From an uncultured Bacteroidales bacterium (GTDB lineage: Bacteria; Bacteroidota; Bacteroidia; Bacteroidales; P3), in the NCBI GenBank assembly GCA_905236405.1, contig CAJOQB010000038.1:1-16266 (forward strand): DNA of 16,266 nucleotides. Direction: 5' to 3'. Both the position numbers and the translations under genes were made by a program. This document shows positions 14,442-16,266 of the stretch, piece after piece. Under the pieces are notes generated by a model, which searched no databases, was not told the DNA's origin, and worked only from the letters and a program-made list of their open reading frames with translations. Numbering within the stretch: the first letter of the stretch is position 1; the number at the start of each line of letters is the position of its first letter.

Positions 14442-15410
14442 ATGTACACCGACCAAGACTATATGAGACGCTGTCTGCAGCTGGCTCGCAACGGGCTGGG
14501 CTATGTCCGTCCCAATCCCATGGTGGGTTGTGTGGTGGTCAGCGACGGCGAGGTGGTGGCCGAGGGGTTCCATCGGCAGCATGGCGGCTACCATGCCGAA
14601 CGCAACGCCATCCTCGATTGCCGCTGTCCCGAACGCATCGAAGGCAGTACACTCTATGTCAATCTGGAGCCTTGCAGCCATCAGGGGTTGACTCCGCCGT
14701 GTGCCGACCTGATTGTCGAACGAAAGGTGAGACGGGTGGTGGTGTGCAACGATGACCCCAATCCGCAAGTGTCGGGTAGGGGATACGAGAAACTGCGCTC
14801 CGCAGGCATCGAGGTGGTGACCCATGTGCTGGAACAGGAGGGCCGATTCCTGAATCGTCGTTTCTTCACCTTCATGGAACAACGTCGCCCCTATATCATC
14901 TTGAAGTGGGCCGAGACAGCCGACGGTCTGATGGATATCGACCGCGGCAGCGACCCGCAGGGCAGTTATTGGATTACCAACCCTCTGCTCAAACAGCTGT
15001 CCCATCGCTGGCGTACCGAAGAGGCCGCCATTTTGGTGGGCAGTGAGACCTACCTTAACGACCGTCCACAGCTGACGGCCCGTCTGTGGCACGGCAACCA
15101 ACCGCTCCGTCTGGTTTACGATCGGCGTGGACGGTTGGGCGAGGTGGACGGATTCACGGTGTTGCAACAACCGACGCTTTCCGAGGCGATGGAATGGCTA
15201 TATCAACAAAAGGTACAGTCGTTGATTGTCGAAGGAGGGCGGCATCTGCTCGACGCATTCTTGGCCGAAGGGCTGTGGGACGAGATTCGACGGCTGCGTG
15301 GCGACCAGTGCTTTGGCAAAGGTATGCCGGCACCGTCGTTGACAATGACACCCGACCGAACCGAGACTTTTGATAACAACCAAGTGGAGTGCTACTATCA
15401 TGTTCGATGA
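14442..15410 (+). CDS. ribD: Bifunctional riboflavin biosynthesis protein RibD (pyrimidine deaminase / uracil reductase)
   Basis: MYTDQDYMRRCLQLARNGLGYVRPNPMVGCVVV...GFHRQHGGYHAERNAI...LYVNLEPCSHQGLTPPCADLI gives the CDA-type zinc motifs HAE and PCxxxxxxPPC. The C-terminal reductase part is RPYIILKWAETADG... I set the start at ATG 14442 because the track's 14385 start would place the mscL terminator inside the CDS. Confidence 0.9.
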   Translation: MYTDQDYMRRCLQLARNGLGYVRPNPMVGCVVVSDGEVVAEGFHRQHGGYHAERNAILDCRCPERIEGSTLYVNLEPCSHQGLTPPCADLIVERKVRRVVVCNDDPNPQVSGRGYEKLRSAGIEVVTHVLEQEGRFLNRRFFTFMEQRRPYIILKWAETADGLMDIDRGSDPQGSYWITNPLLKQLSHRWRTEEAAILVGSETYLNDRPQLTARLWHGNQPLRLVYDRRGRLGEVDGFTVLQQPTLSEAMEWLYQQKVQSLIVEGGRHLLDAFLAEGLWDEIRRLRGDQCFGKGMPAPSLTMTPDRTETFDNNQVECYYHVR

Positions 15411-16014
15411 CACCTATCGCACCATAGCGGCTCCTGCCGAGGGAATCTATAAAGAGAAAGGCAGCCGTTTCCTTGCTTTTGCCATCCATGTGACGAGTGA
15501 ACAGGAGGTGAAAGGGCATTTGGAACGCCTGCGGAAGGAATACTTCGACGCCCGTCACCATTGCTATGCCTATATCTTGGGTCCCTACAAGGATGCCTAT
15601 CGTGCCAACGACGACGGCGAGCCTTCGGGCACAGGAGGCAAGCCCATTCACGGGCAACTGCTTTCGCTCGACCTGACCAACGTCTTGGTGGTGGTGGTAC
15701 GCTATTTCGGTGGCATCAAACTGGGGGTGTCGGGACTTATCAACGCCTATCGAACAGCTGCCCGTGATGCGTTGGATCATGCCACGATAGTGGAACGCAC
15801 CATCGACCGTCATTACCGTGTGCGGTTCGAGTACCCGTTGATGAACGATGTGATGAGACTCCTCAAGGAATACGACACGCCTCCTCGCAACCAGCAGTTC
15901 GACATGGACTGCTCGTTGGAGTTCTCCATCCGTCAGTCGCTCAGCATCCGCATCTACGATGCTTTTGTGCAACTGAGGGGGGTGGAGATAGAGGAGATTA
16001 CCGCTAATCTTTAA
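15400..16014 (+). CDS. yigZ: YigZ/IMPACT-family (UPF0029) protein
   Basis: MFDDTYRTI...YKEKGSRFLAFAIHVTSEQEV...EYFDARHHCYAYILG...DDGEPSGTGGKPI...VVVVRYFGGIKLGVSGLINAYR matches the YigZ family signature. ATG 15400 overlaps the ribD 3' end by 11 nt. The track's upstream TTG at 15370 is less likely. Confidence 0.8.
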   Translation: MFDDTYRTIAAPAEGIYKEKGSRFLAFAIHVTSEQEVKGHLERLRKEYFDARHHCYAYILGPYKDAYRANDDGEPSGTGGKPIHGQLLSLDLTNVLVVVVRYFGGIKLGVSGLINAYRTAARDALDHATIVERTIDRHYRVRFEYPLMNDVMRLLKEYDTPPRNQQFDMDCSLEFSIRQSLSIRIYDAFVQLRGVEIEEITANL

Positions 16015-16028
16015 CTGAAAACAAGGAA

Positions 16029-16266
16029 AATGTCTGATATATTATCCCAACTGAACGAGGCACAACGTGAGGCGGCGGCATGTACCGAGGGGCCTGTGAT
16101 GATTATCGCCGGTGCTGGCTCGGGCAAGACACGCACGCTCACTTATCGTATCGCCCACTTGATAGACAAAGGAGTGGATCCCTTCCATATTCTGGCACTC
16201 ACCTTCACCAACAAGGCGGCAGGCGAGATGAAGGAGCGCATCATCAAGCTGGTGGGCCCCGAGGCA
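16029..16266 (+). CDS. UvrD/PcrA/Rep-family ATP-dependent DNA helicase, N-terminal part (the gene continues beyond the window)
   Basis: My translation from ATG 16029 reads [79 protein letters not shown]. It shows LN..Q..A, Walker A GAGSGKTR and motif Ia TFTNKAA.EM. It is absent from the ORF track because it is open-ended. Confidence 0.85.

Overview
The window looks like a chromosomal segment from a Bacteroidota organism with a type IX secretion system (T9SS), probably Bacteroidales or Prevotella-like. This rests on two T9SS C-terminal sorting domains (CTDs), a GldD-like lipoprotein, TAnnTTTG-type promoter boxes and the gene content. Coding GC is roughly 55-57% by hand counts. Minus-strand block (1-6396): the 5' end of iorA, then seven tightly packed genes. 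In transcription order they are an SPFH/band-7 protein, an Arc-like ribbon-helix-helix protein, an ABC ATPase, a NatB-like ABC-2 permease, an uncharacterised 4-TM protein, a GldD-like lipoprotein and a secreted alpha/beta hydrolase. An AT-rich divergent promoter region (about 6397-6530) separates this from the plus-strand block. That block starts with an M1 zinc aminopeptidase carrying a type-A T9SS CTD, an ECF sigma factor, and a single-pass anti-sigma-like protein that ends in a type-B T9SS CTD, followed by a strong hairpin terminator. Housekeeping genes follow: thyA, a manC-like gene, asnS, mscL, a second terminator, ribD, yigZ and the 5' end of a UvrD-family helicase. I saw no rRNA, tRNA, CRISPR array, transposase, integrase or recognisable phage-defence genes. 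Most of the window is ordinary core genome. Three things deserve a second look. (1) The sigma/anti-sigma pair, where the anti-sigma-like protein has a T9SS type-B sorting domain as its only folded extracytoplasmic part and sits just downstream of a T9SS cargo peptidase. (2) An in-frame TGA that cuts the last 43 codons off the ABC ATPase and breaks an ancestral ATGA overlap with the permease. (3) The unusual gene mix of the seven-gene minus-strand string. All functional calls come from motif and family recognition by eye; no searches were run.
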